Assembly (NCBI GenBank): GCA_026986115.1
Contig: JALSPG010000018.1
Span: 1 to 61,356 of the forward strand
From: Thermodesulfobacteriales bacterium
GTDB lineage: Bacteria > Desulfobacterota > Thermodesulfobacteria > Thermodesulfobacteriales > Thermodesulfatatoraceae
DNA: 61,356 bases
Direction: 5' to 3'
Made by a program: the position numbers and the translations under genes. This document shows, in pieces, positions 10,284-18,016 of this stretch; position 1 is the stretch's first letter; every line of letters begins with the position of its first letter. Below the pieces are notes generated by a model, which had not been told where the DNA came from, did not search any database, and saw only the letters and a list, made by a program, of their open reading frames with translations.

Positions 10284-10810
10284 CAAAGAACCAGGCGCCG
10301 ATGAGGCTATTGCCACACCGCAGGTGCGCATTGAGAAAGGTGAAGGGCTTCCCGCGGGCGAGGCTTTCTATCCAGAGGGAAAGCTTGGCCAGCTCCACGG
10401 CCTCCGGGTTCACATCCACGCCGTAAAGGCAACGCTCACCACCAGGCGCCTGGCCTGGATGAGCATTTCGTCTCTCTCCTGAGCCAGAGGTTCCTCCTCG
10501 GCAAGACCTTTGGCCGGCGTGGCAAAGGGAAGCACTAAAGTAGCCTCGGGGAACTCCTCGCGTCGCCTCTCCCAGGCGGAGACCAGAGCCTCGGCCAGCT
10601 CATCCGCGGCGGCCACAAGAAAGGCCCCGGAGCCCATGGCCGGATCAAGGATCTTCAGGCTCAGGATGTCCTCCGGGGTCTTTCTTTCGGCAAGAAGGGG
10701 GCCGAGGGTACGCCTTACGACCTCCGTGGTCAGGACCTTTGGGGTGTAATAGGTGCCGGTGCGTTTGCGAAGCCCGGAGGGGACAAGACACCATTTGTTC
10801 TCTCCTTCTT

Positions 10811-10845
10811 CCCCACTCCCGACTCCCGACTCACTACTCCCGATT
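10811..10845 (+). repeat. 7-bp array (5 units) in the MTase CDS
   Basis: ccccact cccgact cccgact cactact cccgatt; encodes IGSSESGVGSGE. Confidence 0.9.
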
Positions 10846-12183
10846 TTTACGCTATAACCCAGAAGGCCCTCGTACATGTGGCCGATGTGCTCGATCTGAA
10901 GGGTGCGGTAACTTACACGCTGGGCTATCTTTTGCCGGCCTACCCTGGCCTCAGTGTTGGTCAGGGCCTTGAGGATTTCGTAGACCACTTCGTTTGAGAG
11001 CCTAAGGCGCGCTCCGTCAAGAAGGGGAAAGCGTTCGGGATTGAAAAGATCGCCGCCATAAGGCCGAAGGTTCAAATCGGGATGAGGACAACCACGGTAA
11101 ATCAGAAGAAAGAGGGCCTGAAGCCGAGGCCAGGCGTCGTAGCCCTCGCGAAAGGCCTCAGGGTGTTCTCTTTTTTCCTCTTCCAGGCGAAAAAGGAGCC
11201 TGCCGAGACTGTAAGATTCTTCATAAAGAGGCATTCCGTGGGGGAGAAGCTCGCGCTCTTCGGCAAAGAGAATGAAGACCAGGCGCATCATGAGGGCAAG
11301 ACCTGCGGCATGAAGTTCCTGCGGGGAAACTGGGCCGTCTATCTCCGCGCGCTCCACAAATATTTGAAGGGCCCGGAGGGCCTGTTCTCCCAAAGTCTCG
11401 GTAAGTTCGGCCTGGCGCTTCTCGCTCTCACGGCAAAGCTCAACTAGAAGAAGTTTTCTTTCGCCGATAAAACGCTCGAGCCTGAGGAAGGTGTAGAAGG
11501 CGTCGAGAACCAGCTTGTCTCCCCGCAGGGCCTCCGCCGAAAAGGTAATCCAGGAGGAGGGAAGCCCCAGGGGGGCATAGAGTAGACGGAAGTGAAGGCC
11601 GTTGGTGACCAGGCCCAGAGGGCAATCAAGGCCGCGCAGAAGCCTTTCAAGCTTTACCGTGGGGGAGGCCCTCCAGGTGTGCCGGCGCCTCTCGTTCCGG
11701 TCAAGGGGATGGGCAAAATCGGTTTTGTATACCATAAAGACGGGGGATCCGTTGGAAATAAGGGCTCCGTAGGGCTTTAAGGTTTCCCGATGCTCTTCAA
11801 GGTAAAGGGTGCAGGACTCGGGGACCTTCCTTCCGGTAACCCAGTAAGGGGCACGGTAGCCCAGAAGATCGCCGAAAATAAAATGGAGCCAGTGGCGCAG
11901 GATCGGGACGGCCTTTTCGGGAGTATCTTCCACGCTTCTTATACGCTCCCATTCCCGGAGGTAACGCCGAAAAAGCCCCTCGGGGACTTTTTCCGGACCT
12001 TGGGGGAAGTGGAGGTTGAGAACGGGCTCGCTTAAAAGCAGGCCGTGGAGATCCACCTGCGAAAGCCAGAGCCGATGATCCTTCGCTTCCTCCACTGATT
12101 TTTTCTTCTTACCTCCGCGCCCCATTTGAGGCTGTCCTGTAAAGTGATAATTGTGATCGTTTTTGGATCTGCAAGACAGACTC

Positions 12184-12210
12184 AAAAGGGGTGGACAGTC
12201 CCCTTGTTTT
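12184..12210. repeat. Imperfect palindrome (GGGG..GGACAGTCCCC type) at a cassette junction
   Basis: AAAAGGGGTGGACAGTCCCCTTGTTTT lies where the hsdS remnant breaks off. Confidence 0.5.
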
Positions 12211-12278
12211 GAATATCACCATCTCCCCCAACCGCACCCGGAGCCAGCCTTTGGGAAGTTGTAGTGCCCTTCAAACAT
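12205..12278 (-). pseudogene. hsdS: 5' remnant of a type I R-M specificity subunit (hsdS)
   Basis: ATG at 12278. Reads MFEGHY(K)/LPKGWLRVRLGEMV with a 1-nt slip, matching the HsdS N-terminal LPxGWxxVRLGE motif. Confidence 0.65.
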
Positions 12279-12291
12279 CTTTTCACCTGTG

Positions 12292-12642
12292 CTATAATTT
12301 CTTTTGTCTAACTTTTGTTCGCTCTACTACGGTAAACATACCCTTAAAACGAATATCTTGGATTTCTAAAATCTTAAGTAAGACTTCTGCGCATTCTTCA
12401 GGATACTTAGGAGTAAAGCGGAAATACACTATTCCAACAGAAGCTAATTCTTTCTCTTCAAAAATCAACTTTCCATAATCTCTATCAAAAGTAAGGATTA
12501 TTCTATTTTCATCCTTAGCTATTCTTAAAACTTCTTCATCTGAAATCCCTGGGCATTCTTCTATTATAGCTTTTACATCGTACCCGCTTTTCCTTAATAT
12601 CTTTATAGACTTTAACGGGATATTCTCATTAGCTAAAAACAT
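12292..12642 (-). CDS. DUF5615-family PIN-like toxin
   Basis: FLANENIP ... GISDEEVLRIAKDENRIILTFDRDYG. Confidence 0.88.
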   Translation of the reverse strand: MFLANENIPLKSIKILRKSGYDVKAIIEECPGISDEEVLRIAKDENRIILTFDRDYGKLIFEEKELASVGIVYFRFTPKYPEECAEVLLKILEIQDIRFKGMFTVVERTKVRQKKL

Positions 12643-12644
12643 CT

Positions 12645-12884
12645 CTAAGCTGCCTCTTTATTTAAATCATAAATCAACTCTTCACGCATACATTCTGCCA
12701 CAAAAGCAAATACAGCTTTTAAACTTTCCATAGTAAGTATAGGATAATTTTCTAAAATTTCTTCTATGCTCCATCCTTCAGCAAGTAAGTTTAAAATAAA
12801 CTCTACAGACAACCTTGTTCCTTTTATAATAGGTTTCCCCGCTAAAATTTTTGGATCTGAGGTAATATACTCTTGCCATTTCAT
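12645..12884 (-). CDS. DUF433-family antitoxin
   Basis: ITSDPKILAGKPIIKGTRLSVEFILNLLAEGWSIEEILENYP. Confidence 0.92.
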   Translation of the reverse strand: MKWQEYITSDPKILAGKPIIKGTRLSVEFILNLLAEGWSIEEILENYPILTMESLKAVFAFVAECMREELIYDLNKEAA

Positions 12885-12902
12885 ATTTTTCCCCTGTTTA
12901 TT

Positions 12903-13030
12903 TCAATTATTTATTAGTTCGTTTATTTCTTCGACTATACCCAATATAGCCTTTTCTTTCTCTAGAAGGCTTGCGGCTATTTCGGCCGTAGGAGAAAAAA
13001 ACTCCTCGTGCTTAGTGAAAATGGGCTCAT
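12903..13030 (-). pseudogene. Possible 3' remnant of type I R-M methylase (hsdM)
   Basis: Startless frame ...EEFFSPTAEIAASLLEKEKAILGIVEEINELINN* resembles the HsdM C-terminal helix. Its position before the hsdS remnant fits hsdM-hsdS order. Confidence 0.45.
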
Positions 13031-13203
13031 ATATCGCTTTTAAGTTCTTCCTTAAATTCTTTTCTAAATACTTCTTCTGCAATCATTTTAAACTCTGGAA
13101 ATTCTTTAACAAATAGCTTTAACAGCTCCCTTGCGCAATAAACACATCTTCCGTCTGCCTCTTTTAAAATATTTAAGATTTTTATAGCTTCTTCTTTAGT
13201 CAT
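13027..13203 (-). CDS. Small hypothetical protein (58 aa) with CxxC
   Basis: MTKEEAIKILNILKEADGRCVYCARELLKLFVKEFPEFKMIAEEVFRKEFKEELKSDI*; below the ORF-track cut-off, same strand as its neighbours. Confidence 0.6.
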   Translation of the reverse strand: MTKEEAIKILNILKEADGRCVYCARELLKLFVKEFPEFKMIAEEVFRKEFKEELKSDI

Positions 13204-13248
13204 TTTTCTTCCGAAACTATTTATCTCTTATCAATTTCCAAAATTTTA

Positions 13249-13476
13249 TTACGCCGCGTTGAGGTGGACCTTCCCTTTAGAGCGAAACAACGGAGAGAAA
13301 GATATTTCAGAAAAATCCGTCTGTTCTGAAGCGTGCTCCAAGGTTAAAGCCACAATTTTTCCATCTTTATCGACCTCAACATATAGATTTTCAGAAACTT
13401 CGATAGTTTCAGTTGCTTCTCGATTAGAAAACTCAATTAGTATTGTATCTGTGTCTTCAAAATATTTAACTTTCAT
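13249..13476 (-). CDS. DUF2283-family antitoxin
   Basis: MKVKYFEDTDTILIEF ... LYVEVDKDGKIVALTLEHAS. Confidence 0.9.
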   Translation of the reverse strand: MKVKYFEDTDTILIEFSNREATETIEVSENLYVEVDKDGKIVALTLEHASEQTDFSEISFSPLFRSKGKVHLNAA

Positions 13477-13732
13477 GATTGCCTCCTCTTAAAACTTCTA
13501 TCAAAGAAAACGTTATGTACAGTCTCGCCGTCTTCAAGCAAGATAACTCTCAAAAACTTCTTGGCTTCAGCAATATATTTCCACCTTCTAATCCGGCCGT
13601 CTTTTTGAACCTCTTCAAAATCAGGATTTTTAATTGTTTCAAATATCCATTCTTTTTTAATCTGTTTTCGATCGGGTCTGCTAGTATAAATATACTCAAA
13701 ATAAAATAAGCTGTGCTTTTAAAATCTCTCAT
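13473..13732 (-). pseudogene. RelE-like toxin partner of DUF2283, frameshifted by a 5-bp duplication
   Basis: Removing one TATTT copy (about 13698-13708) restores MRDFKSTAYFEYIYTSRPDRKQIKKEWIFETIKNPDFEEVQKDGRIRRWKYIAEAKKFLRVILLEDGETVHNVFFDRSF. ATGA overlaps with the genes on both sides. Confidence 0.8.
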
Positions 13733-16700
13733 TTTTCCTGAGCTGTTTCGACCAAGGATTCCGGCAAAACAAAACACACACCCACCGGAAATATTTTTAC
13801 CGTTTTAAGTTCGTAGCGCGTTCTGATTCTTTCGGGTTCTCTTTCCAGATCCTCCTCCAGGGTCTTTCGCCGCGCCTCAAGATACTTTATATCCTCGCGC
13901 AGGGTCTCATCTATACGCCGAAGCTCTTCAAGAGAGAAAAGAAGCCTTTGCGGACTTTCTTTTTCTTTACGAAGTTTTTTAAGGGTGGCTTCTATTTCCT
14001 TTATGCGGTCGCAAATGACGTTTCTTATTTCTCGGGTTTCAACGGTTGTCTTTTCCTTAAGAAGCTTCCGAAGCTTGCGGAATTTTTCCTTCTCCAGGGC
14101 CTTAATCTTTTCCTCAATTAAATCGTGGCTTTTACGGAAAGAGGAGCGGATTTTTTGGGCCAATTCCCTAAGGATGGGGCGATGCTCTCCGGTAAGGAGA
14201 AATCCGAAATCTCTATCCTCAGTCAAATACACCAAAGGTTCACCGGGATTAAAAGAAAAACGAAGAGAAAAAAGTTCCTCATGAAGTTTTAGCCCCTGCA
14301 CACTTGAGGCCAGGAGTTTCAGAAAGATTACCGCCTGGGCCTGCTCCCTACTCCCCATTGCCCATTCCCCACTCCCGCAGACCACAAAGGAGGCGCGGTG
14401 AAGTTTCTCCCCGGTAAAGCCCAGAGAATAAAAGGCTTTTTTGAAGACTGAAAAGGCCTTCTGCATGAGGGGATGATTCAGGTGAAGGAGCACCACATCC
14501 CGGCGGTCCCGGGCAAGCTCTGGTTTGAAGACCAGGGTAAGAAGCCGCCCTTCGGCATCCTTGATGGTTGAAAGTAGATCTTTTCCCCAGGAAGGTGGAA
14601 TACTTTCCAGAAGATACCCTTCTTCAAAGCCTTCCCGTTTTTTAAGACCGGGATGCCCCGAAAGTTTAAGGGCCTGGTTAAGCACTAGGCACAAGGTCTC
14701 GGGATAAATTTTCTTCTCGTGGCGAATGGTTTCTATTTTCGCCTTGATTTTTCGGATACGTTCCAGGTCGAAAAGTCTTTCTCGAATTTCGTCTTCTAGC
14801 TTTCTCTGGGGGGCGAGGCGCTCTATTTCTTGAGTGCTCACCTTTCGGCCAAGCATTCTTTCGTGGAGTTTTTCCTCAAGCACTGCAGCTACAGAACCCA
14901 GATCCTCCCGCATCTTTTCCACTTTGTGCACGATGGTGTTCAGAAATTCTGAATCTTTGTGATCCTGATAGACGAAGTGAAAAATCTTTACTTCTTCGGC
15001 CCTCTGGCCGTGACGGTCAATGCGGCCGTTTCGTTGCTCAAGACGGTTGGGGTTCCAGGGAATTTCGTAATGCAGGAGATGGTGACAGTGATTCTGAAGA
15101 TTTATGCCCTCAGCGGCGGCATCGGTGGCCACCAGGATACGCACCGGATGTTCGGAGGGCGGAGCCTGAAAGGCCTCTTTGATCTTTTCGCGCTCGGAAA
15201 GACTCATCCCTCCGTAAAGCGAAAGGACCTTCTCCTCTCCATAGCGGGCGGAAAGCTTTTCGTAAAGGTAATCAAGAGTGTCCTTGTATTCGGTGAAGAC
15301 GATAAGTCGCTTTTGGGCGATCAGGTCATCGGCGAGAGAAAATAGAGTTTTCAACTTGGTGTCGGGAAGTTCGAGGGAAGACACTAAATCCCACATGCGG
15401 GAAAGCAATTCCCCTTCTTCGGAAGAGATTTCTCCAAGAAGAAGGCTCCCTTCTTTTAAGGCTTCCAGCTCTAAGGCCTGTTTTTCAAGATCGTCGGCCG
15501 TGTCTTCGGCAAGCCTTTCGGCAAGCCGTTCAAAAACCACAGCCCTGGAAGAAGTTTCTTCGGTCATTGAGATTGTAGGCCTGGTTACATGTTCCAGATG
15601 GACTTCAAGGGAATTTCGAAAGGCCGCATAACTTGAAAGCAGGCGCTTTTTGAGAATGGTTAGGGCAAAACGCAGGGCGTTTCTTTGAACTTTGTCTTTG
15701 GGGGCTCTGAGTCTCTTCTCAATATAAGCTTCAAGGCAGTCAAAGAGTTCCCTTTCCTTGGGAGAAAGGGTCACCTCCCGGGCCTTGATGGTCCTTTTCG
15801 GGAAGGTTCGGTTGGAGACCTCGGGAGTGAGGTCTCTTTTAAGGCGCCGCACCATTACAAGTTTTGCCTGACGGGGGTCCACTTTGGGGCCGCGTGTGAA
15901 ACGCAGGGGATCAAGTAGCTCCAGAAGGGCAGTGAAGGACTCGGTATAGCCGTTGTGAGGAGTGGCGGTGAGGAAAAGGCGGTGTTCAAAATGAGGCGTT
16001 ATCTGGCGAAGGAGCTTCGTGCGATCGGAATCCTGAACATAGTCCTTGCGGCCTGAAGGGGCACAATTATGGGCCTCGTCCACGATAAGAAGATCCCACT
16101 TTGAGATACCAGGCTTTCCACCGTTTTTGTTTTCGGTGGTGCTCAGGAACTGCTGGAGATAAGGCTCTCGTTTTAAAAAGTCCATGGAGGTGATAAGCCG
16201 CGGGAAGGACTCCCAGGGGTTCACATGAAGCCCGTATTCCCTCTTAAGCCTTAGAATTTCGTCACGGTCTATGATCCTAAAGACCAGATTGAATTTAGTA
16301 AGCATTTCCTCTTGCCACTGCCTCTGAAGCGAGGCCGGGCAAAGAATCAGGATCTTACGCACACGGCCGCGAGCAAGAAGTTCCTGGAGGATGAGGCCGG
16401 CCTCTACCGTCTTCCCGAGCCCCACATCATCGGCAAGAAGGAGAGAGACCCGGGGCATGGCAAGCGCCCTTGCCACCGGCTCAAGCTGATAGGGTTCGAT
16501 CTCTATAGCACCACGGAAGGGCGCGGTAAACGAGTCATTGGCGAATACCGAGGCCTCAGTCCACTTGAGAGAAAGAAGAAGCGAGGCCAGTCTTTCCGGA
16601 GGGTCCCAGGCCGAAAGGTCGGGAAAACTTATCACGTCTTCGACCCGGGGAGAAATTTCAAGCTCCCAAATAACATCAAGAGATGTGCCTAAGCGGTGGT

Positions 16701-16824
16701 CTTCCAAGGATTCAAGTGTAACTTTGTGAAAGGTGGCCTCAGGGGTTGCGTAAGGGTGAACATCCTGAACTAAAAAGGTCTGGTTCCTTACCCTTACTAT
16801 CTGGCCGGGTTCTGGGATTATCAT
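13729..16824 (-). CDS. drmD: DrmD-like SNF2 helicase (DISARM-related)
   Basis: PEPGQIVRVR N-terminus, EPYQLEPVARALAMPRVSLLLADDVGLGKTVEAG, DEAH, LTATPHNGY, ATDAAAEGINLQ, PWNPNRLEQRNGRIDRHGQ. Confidence 0.85.
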   Translation of the reverse strand: MIIPEPGQIVRVRNQTFLVQDVHPYATPEATFHKVTLESLEDHRLGTSLDVIWELEISPRVEDVISFPDLSAWDPPERLASLLLSLKWTEASVFANDSFTAPFRGAIEIEPYQLEPVARALAMPRVSLLLADDVGLGKTVEAGLILQELLARGRVRKILILCPASLQRQWQEEMLTKFNLVFRIIDRDEILRLKREYGLHVNPWESFPRLITSMDFLKREPYLQQFLSTTENKNGGKPGISKWDLLIVDEAHNCAPSGRKDYVQDSDRTKLLRQITPHFEHRLFLTATPHNGYTESFTALLELLDPLRFTRGPKVDPRQAKLVMVRRLKRDLTPEVSNRTFPKRTIKAREVTLSPKERELFDCLEAYIEKRLRAPKDKVQRNALRFALTILKKRLLSSYAAFRNSLEVHLEHVTRPTISMTEETSSRAVVFERLAERLAEDTADDLEKQALELEALKEGSLLLGEISSEEGELLSRMWDLVSSLELPDTKLKTLFSLADDLIAQKRLIVFTEYKDTLDYLYEKLSARYGEEKVLSLYGGMSLSEREKIKEAFQAPPSEHPVRILVATDAAAEGINLQNHCHHLLHYEIPWNPNRLEQRNGRIDRHGQRAEEVKIFHFVYQDHKDSEFLNTIVHKVEKMREDLGSVAAVLEEKLHERMLGRKVSTQEIERLAPQRKLEDEIRERLFDLERIRKIKAKIETIRHEKKIYPETLCLVLNQALKLSGHPGLKKREGFEEGYLLESIPPSWGKDLLSTIKDAEGRLLTLVFKPELARDRRDVVLLHLNHPLMQKAFSVFKKAFYSLGFTGEKLHRASFVVCGSGEWAMGSREQAQAVIFLKLLASSVQGLKLHEELFSLRFSFNPGEPLVYLTEDRDFGFLLTGEHRPILRELAQKIRSSFRKSHDLIEEKIKALEKEKFRKLRKLLKEKTTVETREIRNVICDRIKEIEATLKKLRKEKESPQRLLFSLEELRRIDETLREDIKYLEARRKTLEEDLEREPERIRTRYELKTVKIFPVGVCFVLPESLVETAQEK
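14339..14380 (+). repeat. 7-bp array (4-6 units) in the SNF2 CDS
   Basis: (gcctgct) ccctact ccccatt gcccatt ccccact (cccgcag); encodes CGSGEWAMGSREQ. Confidence 0.85.
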
Positions 16825-16985
16825 TCGCCCTGGAGGGCCGTTTACCCTTGACTTTTTCCCACCATAACAAAAAAGGGCTTCCTAGGAAAGGGATCAAATA
16901 TTTTTTTGGAAAAGCAAGCCCGGGGAAGGTCTGGAAATCGGCCCATCCCCGGAGCTCATTAGTTAGCGGTTATTTCTCTGTGCTT

Positions 16986-17310
16986 TTAAGGGGACTGGGC
17001 CCATTTCCGTTCAAACTCCACAGCTACCATGTACAAATCCTCCGTCGGAAATACCCGTCTTCCAGCCGGAGTATTGGAAATTTGTTACCTCTCTATAAAT
17101 ATTTGTCTCATGTACATTATCACCTAAATCTCTACAGATACCTGAAAAAAGGCCGTAAGAGCCTCCCAGTTACGCATTTTCCTGACTACTTAAGGATTAA
17201 ATTTTTCCTTCCCATCCTCGGGAATCTTGATCTTCAGGGCCCCGGAAAAGGCCTTAATCGTCTTGGAACTGAGGTCTTTCCGGGAATTACAGTTGAAATA
17301 CCTTGACCAC
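16986..17310 (-). mobile_element. Decayed IS256-family transposase C-terminal relic
   Basis: One minus frame reads NSRKDLSSKTIKAFSGALK...P*VVRKMRNWEALTAFFQVSVEI*VIMYM..FIER*...RVFPTEDLYMVAVEFERKWAQ. This follows the IS256 motif order (NWxxLxxFF..P.EI, IY.TN.IE, VFP, LY..KW), with in-frame stops. Confidence 0.6.
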
Positions 17311-17316
17311 AATATC

Positions 17317-17676
17317 TTCTGAGGGCTTTGGGCCCCAAAGAATCTATTAGTGGATCCTTAGCTTGCGCTCAGGATGACGACTTACCGTAGTCATTCTGAG
17401 GGCCGTAGGCCCGAAGAATCCATAAATCGTTAGTGGATCCTTCGCCTCGCTGAGGCTCGGCTCAGGATGACGGGAAGGAGTGAATCCTTCGCCTAGCCCT
17501 TCTCTTCGCTCAAGGCTTCGGTTCAAGATGACGGGAAGGGGTGGATCCTTCGCTTCGCTGACGCTCCGCTCAGGATGACGGGAAAAGGAAGGCTTCGGCT
17601 TAGGTGACGAAAAGGAGAGGCTCGGATGACAAAAAGGAGAAGCTCATGATGACGAAAAGGAGAGGCTCAGATGACA
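17317..17676. repeat. Cluster of CGTC-tagged REP-like palindromes plus degenerate ~22-bp direct repeats
   Basis: GTCATTCTGAG..GAAGAATCC (17390-17421) is inverted against GGATCCTTCG..CTCAGGATGAC (17435-17471). More copies at 17352-17378, 17482-17532 and 17543-17580, then a repeated GCTC(A/G)GATGAC(G/A)AAAAGGAGA-like unit. Confidence 0.85.
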
Positions 17677-17734
17677 AAGAGGGAGAAGGAACGTTCAGGA
17701 GAAGAACTTATTATTCCGAATGTTAAGAATTTGA

Positions 17735-17811
<77 letters not shown>

Positions 17812-17964
17812 TCAGCCGACATTACATTAACTCCTTTAGGATCAATGTCAAGCCCCCAGCTTTTTACAAAAACGTAAATTTTTTGCAGGCCTACTGCACA
17901 AAAATGTAACAAAAAGCGAGAAAAAATTTCGTTAAGTCAACAATAAGAATTCGAATTTTTAGTT

Positions 17965-17980
17965 TGGTCTTCCTTTTGCT
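17965..17980 (+). promoter_or_regulatory. Putative sigma54 promoter of amt-1
   Basis: TGGTCT-TCCTT-TTGCT with GG-N10-GC spacing, about 36 bp before the ATG. Confidence 0.6.
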
Positions 17981-18016
17981 AAAAGGGCTGGAAAATTTTT
18001 TTGGGGAGGGTGTGTC

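Larger units (their letters stand above)
7555..12125 (-). pseudogene. DrmMI/Eco57I-like N6-adenine DNA methyltransferase, split by a 1-nt frameshift at about 10438 into ORFs 10410-12125 and 7555-10419
   Basis: The 5' ORF has GTYYTP and motif I ILDPAMGSGAFL. The 3' ORF has DVNPEAVELAKLSLW, HLRCGNSLIG, FFHWELEFPEVF and motif IV GNPPWE. The junction reads ...ARRLV(V)/ERCLYGVDVNP across two frames. Likely start MGRGGKKKK at 12125. Confidence 0.88.

Noticed and set aside
10410-10445. Programmed ribosomal frameshift in the MTase
   Set aside because: No slippery heptamer or homopolymer at the junction.
13550-13777. 75-aa ORF as a real gene
   Set aside because: Out-of-frame product of the frameshifted toxin.
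2454-14380. Diversity-generating retroelement or intein explanation for the coding inserts
   Set aside because: No reverse transcriptase, no TR/VR pair and no intein terminal motifs; the inserts are only about 10-23 aa.
16746-17306. 186-aa plus-strand ORF
   Set aside because: No motifs; it is antisense to the SNF2 start and to the IS256 relic.
17317-17676. Possible CRISPR array
   Set aside because: Units vary in length and orientation, there are no unique constant-length spacers and no cas genes; the pattern fits REP-like palindromes.
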